Notes: generated from the sequence alone by a model not told the origin. 43,778 bases of DNA from Octopus bimaculoides (GCF_001194135.2 NC_068981.1:187683286-187727063), one strand, 5' to 3'. Positions 9,272 to 22,906 are shown, numbered from the stretch's first letter. A program made the numbers and translations.

Positions 9272-10221
9272 GCGAATATTTAGTAAAAAATATGGAAACA
9301 TTAAAAACTTAAATTAAATAGTAATGTTGTAGTAATTCTGCTAAGTACAGTTGACCAGGATAGGATTCGTAACGATGACTGTTTACTTATTCAGAAGCAA
9401 AATCTTGTTCAATTAACTATCATTACACTTTATAGGTAAATTCTACATTTACGAAACGCCATTCTTGTTTCTGGAGGATACATGTTTCCATTTAAAGTAG
9501 CAAGACAATCTCCGTGTTAACTATCAACGACAAAGAGAAACATTGACAAATTAGGAAAGCAACCAAAGCCAGTAATCTCCCATTGTCAAATATATATTGC
9601 CTTTTCAAGGGAGCTCAAAAGAGTATTCAAGGCAAAATGTATTCATAAGAAAAAAAAATGAAAAAACAAAACAATGCTGTGCAGAAAGGCGTATCAAAGT
9701 GACATTGGCTGCATCTATTTACCGGTTATTAGATTTTATATGCAGATTGGGTTATAAGCAAAGGAAGTTTTTTATATTATAAAATAATCACATTAATTAA
9801 CATAGCATGAAGCTAATTATTGTTTTCCAGACTTGTAATTTTCTGTAATTCAGTTTCAGCTTATAATTTCCTAATGAACCAATAAACTTCAAAAGTCTAA
9901 AGTAAATATTAACTGTATAATATACGCACTTGAAACATCCCTAGATTAAAACACTAGTGCGTATAACATTTATAATGTGTCACCAAATATGGACCAGCAC
10001 TAGCTGTAATAGTTTGTCTCAGCGAAACATCTCAAACAAATTTGTGTGAAAACGCAGAATTGTAGCTCAGGTTACCGGTCACAGAAACCTCGTGTTTTTT
10101 TAATATACGCATATCTAATGTAATCAGAGCGTAGTAGTTTCTATAAATACTTTATATCTTCTCTTTCCTTACATAGTTCATGTTTGAAGCCTTTGCCATA
10201 TTCATTATTCATACGATATAA

Positions 10222-10303
10222 GGCGGCGAGCTTGCACAAACGTTAGCACGCCGAGCGAAATATTTGACGGTATTTTGTCTGTCTTTACGTTCTGAGTTCA
10301 AAC
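10222..10303 (+). mobile_element. Family A tRNA-like head only (3'-truncated)
   Basis: GGCGGCGAGCTTGCACAAACGTTAGCACGCCG...TTCTGAGTTCAAA, after which similarity stops. Confidence 0.85.
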
Positions 10304-11650
10304 ATTTTCTACAGTGTGTTCACTTCTTGAATATAGATAAAAATAATACATAGCAACATTTGGGTTAGAGAATGTAAGTTTTCAATGCTCTCTCTCTCTC
10401 TCTAGAGGTTGCATCGGTGTTGACTTTATACCATCTTCAATATTAGTCGTTTACTATCATACATCTAATGTATCTCATAGTTCTATTAACTTCCCAAAAT
10501 TTTGTTATCTTTATAACAACCATGGAACCGTTATGAGATGGAGGGTTGGAGAAATCTAAACTATATATATTAATCCTGTCTTGAATTCCCGGCATTTTGC
10601 CATCTAATAAAATATAGCAATTACACAAAGATTCCGAACTTCTAAATACGAAATTTCCGCCTAATGGTCGATATAAATTACATGAATTGTTTTGGAATAA
10701 AATAGTTAATTTAGTATACTGGAAATACGTTGTTTTGTCTCAGTGTCTGAATATTTCAATTAATAGTGTCACTTTTATAAACTCCACATATATAATTCAG
10801 TAATTTTGTTCACCTCTTAACATCATCAGTTCGAACGAATGTTTCTGTAGAAGCTAAACGAACTGTTCATTATGTGTGTATAATTATGTGTTAATTAATT
10901 TGCAGCACACTAACAAATAACTTACAAATCAGTGAAATGTAAGATACATTTCATGTCAGCCAGACTGAATTTAATTATTACCTTCCCAGCAAAATCTATT
11001 TTTATACCCCATTAACTGATGTTGTTTTAACCTTGTATATTAACAAGTTAATTAAGTCTTTATTGAAATTAAATCTCTGATAAAACGTTATACTGGTGTT
11101 TTATGGTATTGTATTAATTTCAGCAAGGCTGTATCTTAAATATGAATACGATTTACAAAGAATTCCAGGATTTCAAAGAATATATTAACTGTATTTGCTT
11201 GGAAGTCTAATAAGACTCTCAATTAATGCGCTTGTATAGATTGTCTGGTATTTAAGTGAAGAACATATATTCGTTCTTTCATTTTTTTTTACTTCACACT
11301 CTGTCGTCATATATCTGAGAGGAAGTAAAATTTATTCAAACTTCAAAAACGATAAACAAATGTTGTAGAGGAAGAATAGAGCTACAAAACAGCATTAAAA
11401 ACCCATCAAAAAATATTTTTCGTATTAATTCAAATACTATTGGAAAGGATTAAAATAAATGAGACAAAATAAGAAACAAACAAAAAGCAAACAAAACAAC
11501 AAACAAAGAACGAGCAAATTTATCTGATAACTCAATACATATGTTGTTCGGGATAGGATTCTCACGCTTCGTATAAACTTGTGATCTATAACAATGTAAA
11601 TGATAATGTTGGAGAGAGAATACGAGAATTCTAACCCATATGAAATCATG

Positions 11651-12338
11651 TCTTCTCTCTGTTATCTCTTATTTGTTTCAGCCACTGAGCTGCGGTCATA
11701 CTGCAGCACCACCTTGAAGAGTTTAGTCTAGAAAATTCACTCCAGTACTCATTTTTTAAAGCCTGATACTTATTGTTTCGGTTTCTTTTGCCGAACCGGT
11801 ATGTTAAGAATATGTAAACAAACCCGGTTATCAAGCGTTGGAGTGTACAAATAAAAAAAAAGCAAAGGTACTCATAGACCATATAGGCACACATGCACAC
11901 TCATATATANNNNNNNNNNNNNNNNNNNNNNNNNNNNNNNNNNNNNNNNNNNNNNNNNNNNNNNNNNNNNNNNNNNNNNNNNNNNNNNNNNNNNNNNNNN
12001 NNNNNNNNNNNNNNNNNNNNNNNNNNNNNNNNNNNNNNNNNNNNNNNNNNNNNNNNNNNNNNNNNNNNNNNNNNNNNNNNNNNNNNNNNNNNNNNNNNNN
12101 NNNNNNNNNNNNNNNNNNNNNNNNNNNNNNNNNNNNNNNNNNNNNNNNNNNNNNNNNNNNNNNNNNNNNNNNNNNNNNNNNNNNNNNNNNNNNNNNNNNN
12201 NNNNNNNNNNNNNNNNNNNNNNNNNNNNNNNNNNNNNNNNNNNNNNNNNNNNNNNNNNNNNNNNNNGGTGCTCCGCAGTGGGACTGAACGCGAATCATTA
12301 GTTTCAAAGCGATCTTCTTAACCATGTAGGTATACCTT
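11651..12338 (-). mobile_element. SINE family B spanning an assembly gap
   Basis: Module 2 at about 11651-11850 and the head (CGCAGTGGGACTGAAC) at 12267-12338, separated by the N-gap 11910-12266. Confidence 0.8.
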
Positions 12339-14857
12339 CGCCAGATTTTTGTCCTCTTTTGGTCGTATAAAAAAAATCTGACGGGATGACGCTGTGGTAA
12401 CAATGTTAGCAACAACAGTCATAATTAGAAGCCAGATATCGTCGAAGTGTCTGCTACTACCTTTCGCCGTCTTGTTATCGCTTTCCTCTATTGTTTAAGA
12501 AGAAGGCGAGCAAGTGCCTTTGATATCACGCGTGTAGTAAGTGGGAATTTTCTTTTAAACTATCTGTATGAATTACATCTCTATTCCAACAAGGAAAAAA
12601 TAACTAAGGAATAGCCAGATGGTCTTTGAGAAGAGGTCATTAGAGTTTAAAAGATCTATTTTAATATGGACTCCTTCCTACGCTCATCCCCTGCTCGTAG
12701 AAAGACAGCTAGAAGTCAAACGGCAATATTTGTTCCGGCGTCCCTAACACTGGCAGCTTTCGTAGATCTAGCCTTTTACCTTGCACATACTTTTCCATAT
12801 AGCTTGTCCCTGTCGGACAGGACAACAATATTAAGGCGCTCTTCTGGAAATGGCAACAGAAATAAAAATAAGTTTCCTCTTTGTCTCCAGGAAGGATGCT
12901 TTGTCTTTCTAGAGATATCCCTGTCATAGTTACTTTTCTTTTTTCAAAGAGTTGGTTCATCGAGGAACTTTAATAGTCTTCAACGTTATCGAACGATGAA
13001 ATGTTTTTGCTGGTGTTATCATTGCTGCTCCTCGCGTTTATATATTTAGTCTTCGTTTTCAACATATAAATGTTTTTGCAATTTACATTGTGAAACTGAA
13101 TGTTTATGTTTCAAACAATCTTTGTGTAGTTTTCACAATATCTGCTTTATTCGTTAATGTCCGGATTTTCTGTTTGCTCATGTTATCGAGACCTCTGCTA
13201 CCACCACTGTGGTGAATACAACTTCCTGCTATGTACGAGAGCGCCATCTTTCAAGCGGAGTAAATATTGCAAATGACTGATGGCAGAAATATGCTTAGTC
13301 AAGAAAAACGTTTTACTACCCTAGGGAATTGGGATGGATTTAAAATTAATCCAAAAACATTTGTCAACATCTCAGAATGAAAAAACGGGAAACCATAAAA
13401 AGAAATCTTCCATTTTTTTCATCAATTAAGCATGATAAACTCCGTTTAAGCCAGGCGCTCTGTGAAACACGAACTTTCGATGGTAAACACCGCCAACAGC
13501 AACAACATTAATGATAATATCGATAATGAAGATGAAGACAATTATTATTATCATTCTTAATTTTGTGAATCGGTATAGTTCAGAACGTATTATAAAGTAC
13601 ACTAGAATATTTTCTGTTATACTCTTTCTTACAATAATGAATCGCCCATCTTGAAGAGAAAATAAAAAGACAAAAAATATAAATGAAATAAAATACTAAA
13701 CTTCTAAAGGACTCATTTCTACTAAGTTGTTCAGCGATTAACTAATCAGTTTGAATCCAAAGTAAACATTTGTTATTTAAGTGATGGAACTATCAGATGT
13801 ACCTTTGACAGATTAATGGAATACTTCAATTTTCTAACAGAAAAAGCTTGAAAGAATACGTTTAGAAATAAATTATTGTTAGCACAAAATGATCAGTGAC
13901 TTCAGACATGACAGATTGTCTGTGAAAGTGAAATATCATCTGTCAAGTCGACCTGAATCTCCTTGGATCTCGTTTCAATTAGAAATATATTATAACTTAA
14001 AAAAGAGATAACATAATGAACTACACAGAATCATCAAACACACATGATTTCTTGCTAAACTCATATTCTTCTCCATGTTCTGTGGATAATTTTAATTTCC
14101 TAAATTTATATATAATCTAAATAGCTAGCTATCTGAAAAATAATTTCCTGCATACAGTTTTAAAAGTTAGCAATATCTGAACACTGCTGGCATTAACAAA
14201 CAATGTCACTTCTCAATCAGTCTGAGCAATTCAGCATCACCTCAAAGATGTTTGTTTATCTACATATATCCATTACTTCCTTTCAATATCGATAGACATA
14301 TTTTTCCGATTATACGAATGGCAATATACATATGTGAAAGTGAGCTCACAAAATGGAAATAAATATGGCATTTAGTTTGTGAAGCTTATTCAACGAAATG
14401 CATACTTATCTCAGAAAAGAACACAAAAACATCTCTGAGGGTCAATGAATGCCTTCCTCAACGGCTAGATATCAATACACCCAGAACGTGCTGACGATTG
14501 GTTGAATATGATTACTGTCTGGTAGGTAATAAAGACACTCTTCTGCGTGACGAGGAAATTAGAAAAAATATTAACACTCGACTGAGCACAAGAAAATATG
14601 TAGAAAAAACTGAGATGCTCGTAGTTAGTTTAACAAAGATAGCGCTTTATGCAAGATGAACAAGGGAAATAGAATCTGTCATCATACGTTAACACATATT
14701 GCATAATATCTTTTATCAGCAGGATTGCCAAACATCACGAAATCAACAGATGTGTTCAATGCTAAAAATGTGTTTCAGTAGAATATTAGTACTATTCACC
14801 AAATCTAAGAACCTGGGAGTAAAAAAAACTATCAGTCTCAATACAGACTGAAAAGCA

Positions 14858-14911
<54 letters not shown>

Positions 14912-15002
14912 GTACATGTATTTATATATGTATATATATATATGTATATATATATGTATATACATATATATATATAAATGTATGTATGTATATACCTATA
15001 TC

Positions 15003-15088
<86 letters not shown>

Positions 15089-15112
15089 GAGAGAGAGAGA
15101 GAGAGAGAGAGA
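14858..15112. repeat. Compound microsatellite (CA)n-(TA/TATG)n-(CT)n-(TA)n-(AG)n
   Basis: Direct reading of the sequence. Confidence 0.97.
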
Positions 15113-15873
15113 GGCAGAAGGTGAAGTGATGTACAGATATTGTATATTTAGAATAATAAAGTAGTCAGAATGTTGGATGATTTTATATATTTTTTATTTA
15201 TTTACATCTTATTTATAGTTTTAGAATGCTTTCTTCTGTTCTCGGATTTATCAAAAAATGGTTCAAATTTAGATTTCTTGGCCTTTTTTAAAGAATTTTC
15301 TGGGTTTTGCCAGTCAAGGGAGAAGAAAGAAGAAATGTCAATGGCCTGAATACATCCGTAAATGTATTCTATAGTACAGTACATCATTGAAACAAAACAC
15401 TATTAATAGGAAAATGGCAAAAAATGCGTTATGTATACAAACCGGTCTGTTCGATTTATTGAAGCAATACTCATAGCGGATTCATGTGAAGTGTTTTTGA
15501 CGCTACTAAAAAAAGTGTATTAGATTGCTGATAAAAATCATCTCAGAAGATTCAAACTGGTTATTCACTCGTTTCTTCTCCACGAAGACACATGGTGCTT
15601 GCATCTCTTTATTACTTAACATTAAAACAGCGTCCTTCAAGCCAAACTTTATGGCGATTCCAATGGAGTTCAGGAAACTTAGAGTGTGTTGCCTAGTTAA
15701 CACTTATTTAACACAGTTATTTCGTATACAAAAATGGAAAAAGATCTGCACTCTCCAATTCGAGCCGTAGGAATATTTAACAAGAATATCGGTGTGCAAT
15801 ATGGGACAAGTAAGCAGTTTTAATTATGATGAGGTCCCAAAGTATTTAATAACATAGTTAACACAGTTATTTT

Positions 15874-15945
15874 GAGCTGAGTGAACCGAAGCAACGTGAA
15901 ATGAAGTGATGTGAGACTGCCACTCAAACTGCTAAGTCACACACT
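15874..15945 (-). mobile_element. SINE family C fragment (tRNA/CORE-like), internally deleted
   Basis: GAGCTGAGTGAACCGAAGCAACGTGAAATGAAGTG is the reverse complement of CACTTCATTTCACGTTGCT..., a motif also seen on the plus strand at about 25035. Confidence 0.5.
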
Positions 15946-16646
15946 ATCATATCTATCAAATCGCTGTTGTTAAAAATCCATAGTGCAGATATTCGGCTGT
16001 AGTCTAGCGAAAAGGCAATTAGTGAGATTGTCAATTGGTAAATTCACTATACAATTAAATTTTAAGCAAACTGACGTGTTTCAGTTATATGTACAGCCGT
16101 TTCAAATAAAATAATATTAGCTTGATTATTAATATTTATCTTTGTAAATTATTAATACTATAGTTTTTCTTGTTTCTCCGACAATGGAATACAAAACATT
16201 GGCAAAATATTTGCATCTGCGTTATCAATAATAAACAATTACTGACATTTAAAGGAGAGAAAGTGAGAATAAAATAATAAAATAACGAAGCATTTCTCTC
16301 AGTTATTGTTGTAATAGCAGGTATTTATTATTTCTCTATTTCCGCAATAGCCACAAATTGGAGACATTACAAGGACGAATTATAATTCGAAATATATTTT
16401 TTTACATTGATTTTGGAAAACAGGCATTGAAGAACGAACAACATAGAATAATATGAAATATTTACAAAGTGATCGTTATATTTGGTGAGGTGGAAAGATA
16501 AATACGTAGGAGTAAGGAGAAAATAGCAGAAACCCCGGCTTTGTTTATCAAGGGAGAAAACATCTTTTCTGCTGGGATTTCGAGTTTAAAGTCGAATGTT
16601 CAGCAAAGGCTCATTCAACGCAGACAGACGCTACATTCGCACTTAC

Positions 16647-16687
16647 CTTTCAGCAAATTTACTAGCGATCAGCACAGCCAGCTCCAT
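16647..16687 (-). CDS. Speculative first coding exon (MELAVLIASKFAE...) of an unidentified minus-strand gene
   Basis: ATG in AGGATGG context with an in-frame stop upstream, followed by a consensus donor AAG|GTAAGT at 16647/16646. No homology recognised. Confidence 0.2.
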
Positions 16688-18944
16688 CCTTACTACACTG
16701 CGTTAATGGAATTCGTTACTGTGATCTACAACCATATGGAAGAACGATACAACTCATAAAAAAGTATGAGAAACTGTATTCTTCACATATATACTTAAAA
16801 TATCTGCTCTCATCACATGTGTACTTCTGACTTGTCTTCAAATCTCGAGCGCTTGGAAACCATACAATGTTGGGAATATATGATCCCCCTGTTCTCCCAT
16901 AAATTCTACTCTTGCTTGTAAACATTGAAGATGGCGAAACATAGAAAAAACAACATTAATCACAGGTCTATTAATCTCGCCCATCAGACTAATAGTGATA
17001 CGTTGATGCTATGAAAGAGAAACGGTTGAATCTCCATGCGTTTCTGAAACTGCCGCCTGCTACGACTCTTTTATAATACTTTACACATTGTATTTATACA
17101 TGAATGCTTGCACGTATGTATGTATGTATGTACGTATGTATGTATGAAGACACAACCTTGCTCAGTTTATTTTTTGTTTTGTTCTCGCATGCACGTGCGC
17201 GCGCGTGTGTGTGTGAGTGAGTGATTGTGCGTTTTGTTTGATAGCTAAGCCGTTCAAAGGTATTTAGACAACATTTACTGGGTAAATCTTGTGTGTATGT
17301 GTGCATGAGCGGCTGTTTGCATGTGTACATGTAAGCTTATACATATCAACATACACATGTAAATGGGTGCCAGTGTGGATGTAGTTGTATATGTCGATCT
17401 TATTACGTACGGTACGTCATAAATGTTTTACGTATTTTGAAAGTACCTTTGAGAGCTTGCAGCGGTTATCTGCTGATAAGCCTGGTCTTTTCTCGATTTG
17501 TGAAATCGAAATTCTCAAGAGGTAATTAGTCAAACAACCAAGTGCTCCAATTATTATCGGTAGATACTTCAAATTGTCGTCTGGATGGAGTGTCAGGATG
17601 TACAAAGCGCACAAAAATACATACAAGCATGCTTATATATACCATACAAAAGCTTAACAGTTTCAAATTTCGCTGTCCATTGTGTATATGTTAATCTCCA
17701 AGGATTGTGGCACTAAAGTAAGGTGAGATAAGATAAATATTCATAATGTAAATCGAGAAATAGTCAATAGTTAATAGAGGTAGAAGGAATACATTGAGGG
17801 ATGATTTTCTTTATAGACAGATAAACTTAGATGAATGGAAGAGATTTTGAGCCCAAACTAAAAAACCTGGAAGAAAGGTGAAATAAAACTGCATAATCTA
17901 ACGATTATATAGTTTCATTTAATCTCTCGTTTTTGATACCAAATTAGCTAGCGTATACAGTAAAGCAATCTATAGCTAAAGATGGATATCCTTTCACTGA
18001 CTAAAATTAAACCATCATTTGTTGTGTTTTATGTTTCTTAGTTTAATCATTTGATTATTCCAAAAATAGTTTTAAAATATTAAATTCTATATTCGTTTAT
18101 TTGAAACTAATTGTTAGAGATTGTGTATTGTCATCTAGGAATAATATCTGACGAGAGAAGTTTTTAAAAGACTCTATATTTAATAATTTTACTGGTAAGA
18201 ATTATTCCTATGCCACAAAATATACTTTTAACACCTTTGATTTCTCTTCACACTTATTACGAGGTGATAGATATCATCGATCTGAGAAACGAAACAACGA
18301 AAAAACAAAAACAACAATAAATTATAAAAGGATATACAAAGATAAACATAAAGCAACGTAATTATTGCATGAAAGACAGTAATTAATAAACGTTCATCAA
18401 CTTTCGGGTTGCATTAAAAGTTAGCTAATGAGAAACACAGTTTTGATTAGATATTTTTTGATTTATAACGATCTATTATGTTTATCCAATCAAACAAGCG
18501 CGAAATGCGTCATAAAATTATATTATTAATATCGCAAAAATGAAGACAGGCGAAGTGATCGTTTACTTTATAAATGTGGTAACTGTGTATACATATACAA
18601 ATTATATGACTTCATTCAAGTAGGTAGGTGAATGAATTCCTTTGTGTGTATGCGTGAATAAATACGTATATTCCTGGATATAAGACACGTAAAAAAGAAG
18701 GCGAACAAAAAGCGAAATGTAAATATATCTGCAAGGTATATTAATAGAAGTTTTAATAGTAAAACGAAAGTAATATTTTTATGGCTTCATTCTTGATTCA
18801 ATCTATTAAGGAGGAAAATATGAAATACCAACATAGTTAAAAGAACTGGTTGTATTTCAATGCTTTCAGCACTGGCCAGCTGTTTTGGTCGGCAGTAAAA
18901 CGATATGAAATATCGTTTTACTGTCGTCCAGCACCCCCACCACA

Positions 18945-19140
<196 letters not shown>

Positions 19141-19147
19141 AGCATAT

Positions 19148-19366
19148 CTGTGTATGTATCTCTGTGTCTATGTCTGTCTCCACCACCACTTGACAACCGG
19201 TGTTGGTGTATTTACGTCCTCAACAAAAGAAATCGATAGAATAAGTATCAGGCTTTAAAAAAAATGTACTGGGGTCGAATCGTTCGACTAAATTTCGTCA
19301 AGGTGGTGCCACAGCATGGCCGCAGTCTAGCGACTGATGCAAGTGAGAAAATAAAAGATAAAAAGT
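19148..19366 (+). mobile_element. Family B module 2 with no recognisable module 1
   Basis: CTTGACAACCGG...GATAGAATAAGTATCAGG...GGGGTCGAATCGTTCGAC...CAGCATGGCCGCAGTC...TAAAAGATAAAAAG. Confidence 0.85.
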
Positions 19367-19386
19367 AATTCAACAAGAAAAGATGA

Positions 19387-19551
19387 ATAGGCGCAGGAGT
19401 GGCTGTGTAGTGAGTAGCTTGCTAACCAACCACATGGTTCCAGGTTCAGTCCCACTGCGTGGCACCTTGGGCAAGTGTTTTTCTATTATAGCCTCGGGCC
19501 GACCAAAGCCTTGAGAGTGGATTTGGTAGACGGAAACTGAAAGAAGCCTGC

Positions 19552-19586
<35 letters not shown>

Positions 19587-19593
19587 GTGTATA

Positions 19594-19631
<38 letters not shown>

Positions 19632-19824
19632 AACATCACTTAACATCCATGCTGGTGTGTTTACGTCCCCGTAACATTAGCGGTTCGGCACAAGAGATCA
19701 ATAAAATAAGTACTAGGCTTGCAAAGAATAAGTCCTGGGGTTGATTTGCTCGACTAAAGGCGGTGCTCTAGCATGGCCGTAGTCAAAATGACTGAAACGA
19801 ATAAAAGAATAAAAGAATAAAAGA
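19387..19824 (+). mobile_element. Full bipartite SINE family B
   Basis: A-box-like TGGCTGTGTAG, B-box-like GGTTCAGTCC, CORE-like body, (TA)n(TG)n spacer, module 2 and (TAAAAGAA)3 tail. Confidence 0.95.
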
Positions 19825-20083
19825 TTTCGTCTGAAACAAAATGTGAGGATAAAAATTCCATTTACGATTTATACTTGGAATGCCTATATTGGTTCAATAG
19901 AATGAAATTCAATTTCTAAGATCAATTGTTGGCATGAATTTAGTAATTGTAAGAGAATCAACGACAGCAGATCCACCGAAGATCCTAGGATTTCTTTCTT
20001 CCAAAAAATTATCTAAAAAACAGAGAATTCATGGGATCTTATATATTTTATGTATCAATATGTCTGAGAAAGACCGGCGAATG

Positions 20084-20084
<1 letters not shown>

Positions 20085-20157
<73 letters not shown>

Positions 20158-20241
20158 GTCTGATTGTGTGTCTGTCTGTCTGGCAGTCTGTCTGTCTGGC
20201 AGTCTGTCTGTCTGGCAGTCTGTCTGTCTGGCAGTCTGTCT
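20085..20241. repeat. (TCTA)n followed by a 16-bp minisatellite (TCTGTCTGTCTGGCAG)n running into an N-gap
   Basis: At least four consecutive 16-mer units before the gap 20242-20763. Confidence 0.95.
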
Positions 20242-20763
20242 NNNNNNNNNNNNNNNNNNNNNNNNNNNNNNNNNNNNNNNNNNNNNNNNNNNNNNNNNNN
20301 NNNNNNNNNNNNNNNNNNNNNNNNNNNNNNNNNNNNNNNNNNNNNNNNNNNNNNNNNNNNNNNNNNNNNNNNNNNNNNNNNNNNNNNNNNNNNNNNNNNN
20401 NNNNNNNNNNNNNNNNNNNNNNNNNNNNNNNNNNNNNNNNNNNNNNNNNNNNNNNNNNNNNNNNNNNNNNNNNNNNNNNNNNNNNNNNNNNNNNNNNNNN
20501 NNNNNNNNNNNNNNNNNNNNNNNNNNNNNNNNNNNNNNNNNNNNNNNNNNNNNNNNNNNNNNNNNNNNNNNNNNNNNNNNNNNNNNNNNNNNNNNNNNNN
20601 NNNNNNNNNNNNNNNNNNNNNNNNNNNNNNNNNNNNNNNNNNNNNNNNNNNNNNNNNNNNNNNNNNNNNNNNNNNNNNNNNNNNNNNNNNNNNNNNNNNN
20701 NNNNNNNNNNNNNNNNNNNNNNNNNNNNNNNNNNNNNNNNNNNNNNNNNNNNNNNNNNNNNNN

Positions 20764-20810
<47 letters not shown>

Positions 20811-21305
20811 ATATAAATATATGCATAAATATGCACATACACACACGCGTGTGTGTATGCGTGTGTGAATACCTTTGTAAGTTTATGCATGATACTCTTA
20901 CGTATATACTAAGAACACAAGCTACTTAAATATAACAAAACGTCTGCTTTGTTATAAGCAAGTTGTAAAATATAGCAAACATTTTTCTTTTATAATGGAA
21001 ATTTTGCGAACAACAAAAGCATCGATTGATGTATAGTCGGCAGCTTATCTGGATGTAGCGTACAGTTTATATATCTATCTATATATATATTTATATATAT
21101 ATATATCTTGATCTATAGCGTTAGCAGGAAAGAAAGCGTTGCATGAAATATTTATTGATTTGCGAAGGTCTCGACGTGTACAGGAAAATGGTCGAAGTGG
21201 TCTAGCGAAGAAACAAATAAGCGAAAGAAGAACGTGACGTTTGAATTTCGGTTGATATGCATGCATAGATATGAACATACACACATATCTATATAAGTTA
21301 TGTTA

Positions 21306-21529
21306 TACTCTTTTTACTCATTTACTTGTTTCAGTCATTTGACTGCGCCCATGCACCACCTTTAGTCGATCAAATCGACCCCGGGACTTATTATTTGTAA
21401 GCCTAGTACTTATTCTATCGGTCTCTTTCGCCGAACTGCTAAGTTACGGGGATGTAAACACACCACCATCGGTTGTCAAGCGATGTTGGGGGGACAAAAA
21501 CAGACAGACACACACACACACACACACAC

Positions 21530-21582
<53 letters not shown>

Positions 21583-21745
21583 TATATACGACGGGCTTCT
21601 TTCAGTTTCCGTTTACCAAATCCACTCACAAGGCTTTGGTCGGCCCAAGGCTATGGTAGAAGACACTTGCCCAAGGTGCCACGCTGTGGGACTGAACCCG
21701 GAACCATGTAGTTCATGAGCAAGCTACTTACCACACAGCCACCCC
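21306..21745 (-). mobile_element. Full bipartite SINE family B
   Basis: Same architecture as 8802-9271. Confidence 0.93.
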
Positions 21746-21809
21746 ATATATATATGTTTATTACATATAATACTACATATATATTACATATAATATACAT
21801 ATATATAAA

Positions 21810-21993
21810 GGCGGCGAGGTGGCAGAAACGTTAACACGCCAGGTGAACCGCCTAGCTGTATTTCGTATGTCTTTACATTCTGCGTTCAAATTACTTTGAG
21901 GTTGACTTTGCCTCTTTCCCTTTCGGAGTCGATAAATTAATTACCTGGTCCTCTTCCCAAAAGTTACGGGCCTTGTGCTTAGAGTAGACAAGC
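21810..21993 (+). mobile_element. SINE family A
   Basis: GGCGGCGAGGTGGCAGAAACG head, GTTGACTTTGCCTCTTTCCCTTTCGGAGTCGATAAATTAA body and GGGCCTTGTGCTTAGAGTAGA tail. Confidence 0.88.
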
Positions 21994-22386
21994 GAATGTT
22001 GGTGATACTCGAGTAACTGATGACTTACTAGACTTGGTTATTTTCCTCGTTTGGTAAATCCGAACGTCGTTTTAGATACTGTATAACTTCTGGAGAGAAA
22101 ATAATGGAATTAATAAAAACCAGGAGAAAGTATAGGTGTGTAGACCTCCGTTCTCCTGATCTTTATTAATTTTATTAAATATATACATTTTAAACACGAT
22201 ATAATTGTGATCCAAGTGCGGCAGATTTAACGTATTGCGCATATTGACAATTTGATAAGTACCATGCATAAAACGTTTGAACTTAGGGTCATTTTTCTAA
22301 TTTGTATAAATTAAGTTTTTAAAAATGTATAAATGTATATATTCTCATTGAGCACTATTTAGCGTTTGTCTCGCTAAATTTATTTA

Positions 22387-22463
<77 letters not shown>

Positions 22464-22480
22464 ATCTGTCTATATACATA

Positions 22481-22520
<40 letters not shown>

Positions 22521-22906
22521 TACACCTCACCCTACGTCGTTAATTGGTTATATATACATATATATATATGAGTCTGTGTGTGTGTGTGTGTAGTATTATG
22601 GCAGCTGAAAGCCGTTACTCTTTGTTTCAAACAGAACTGAACTTTCAGAAAACTACAATATAAATATTCATTTATATATGTTGCAGTGATAATTATTCGG
22701 TAGATCATCAGCTATATATTTGAAGCAATGTTATTGATACTTGGAAATTTATGAAAACTACCAGACAATACCACTTGTCCTTATATAATCTCGGAGAACG
22801 TCTATTACCTTCACGAAATGCTCTATCGATTATGTTATACGTTATACACATGGTTTTTGTTATGAACACTTGTATAAATTGCTCCCATTTGAAATTGCTG
22901 CTTTAT

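Noticed and set aside
17005-17060. Hammerhead-like segment CTATGA...AGAAACG-loop-CGTTTCT-GAAA
   Set aside because: A 7-bp stem followed by GAAA is present, but the core lacks a G and no stem I, stem III or UH site can be built.
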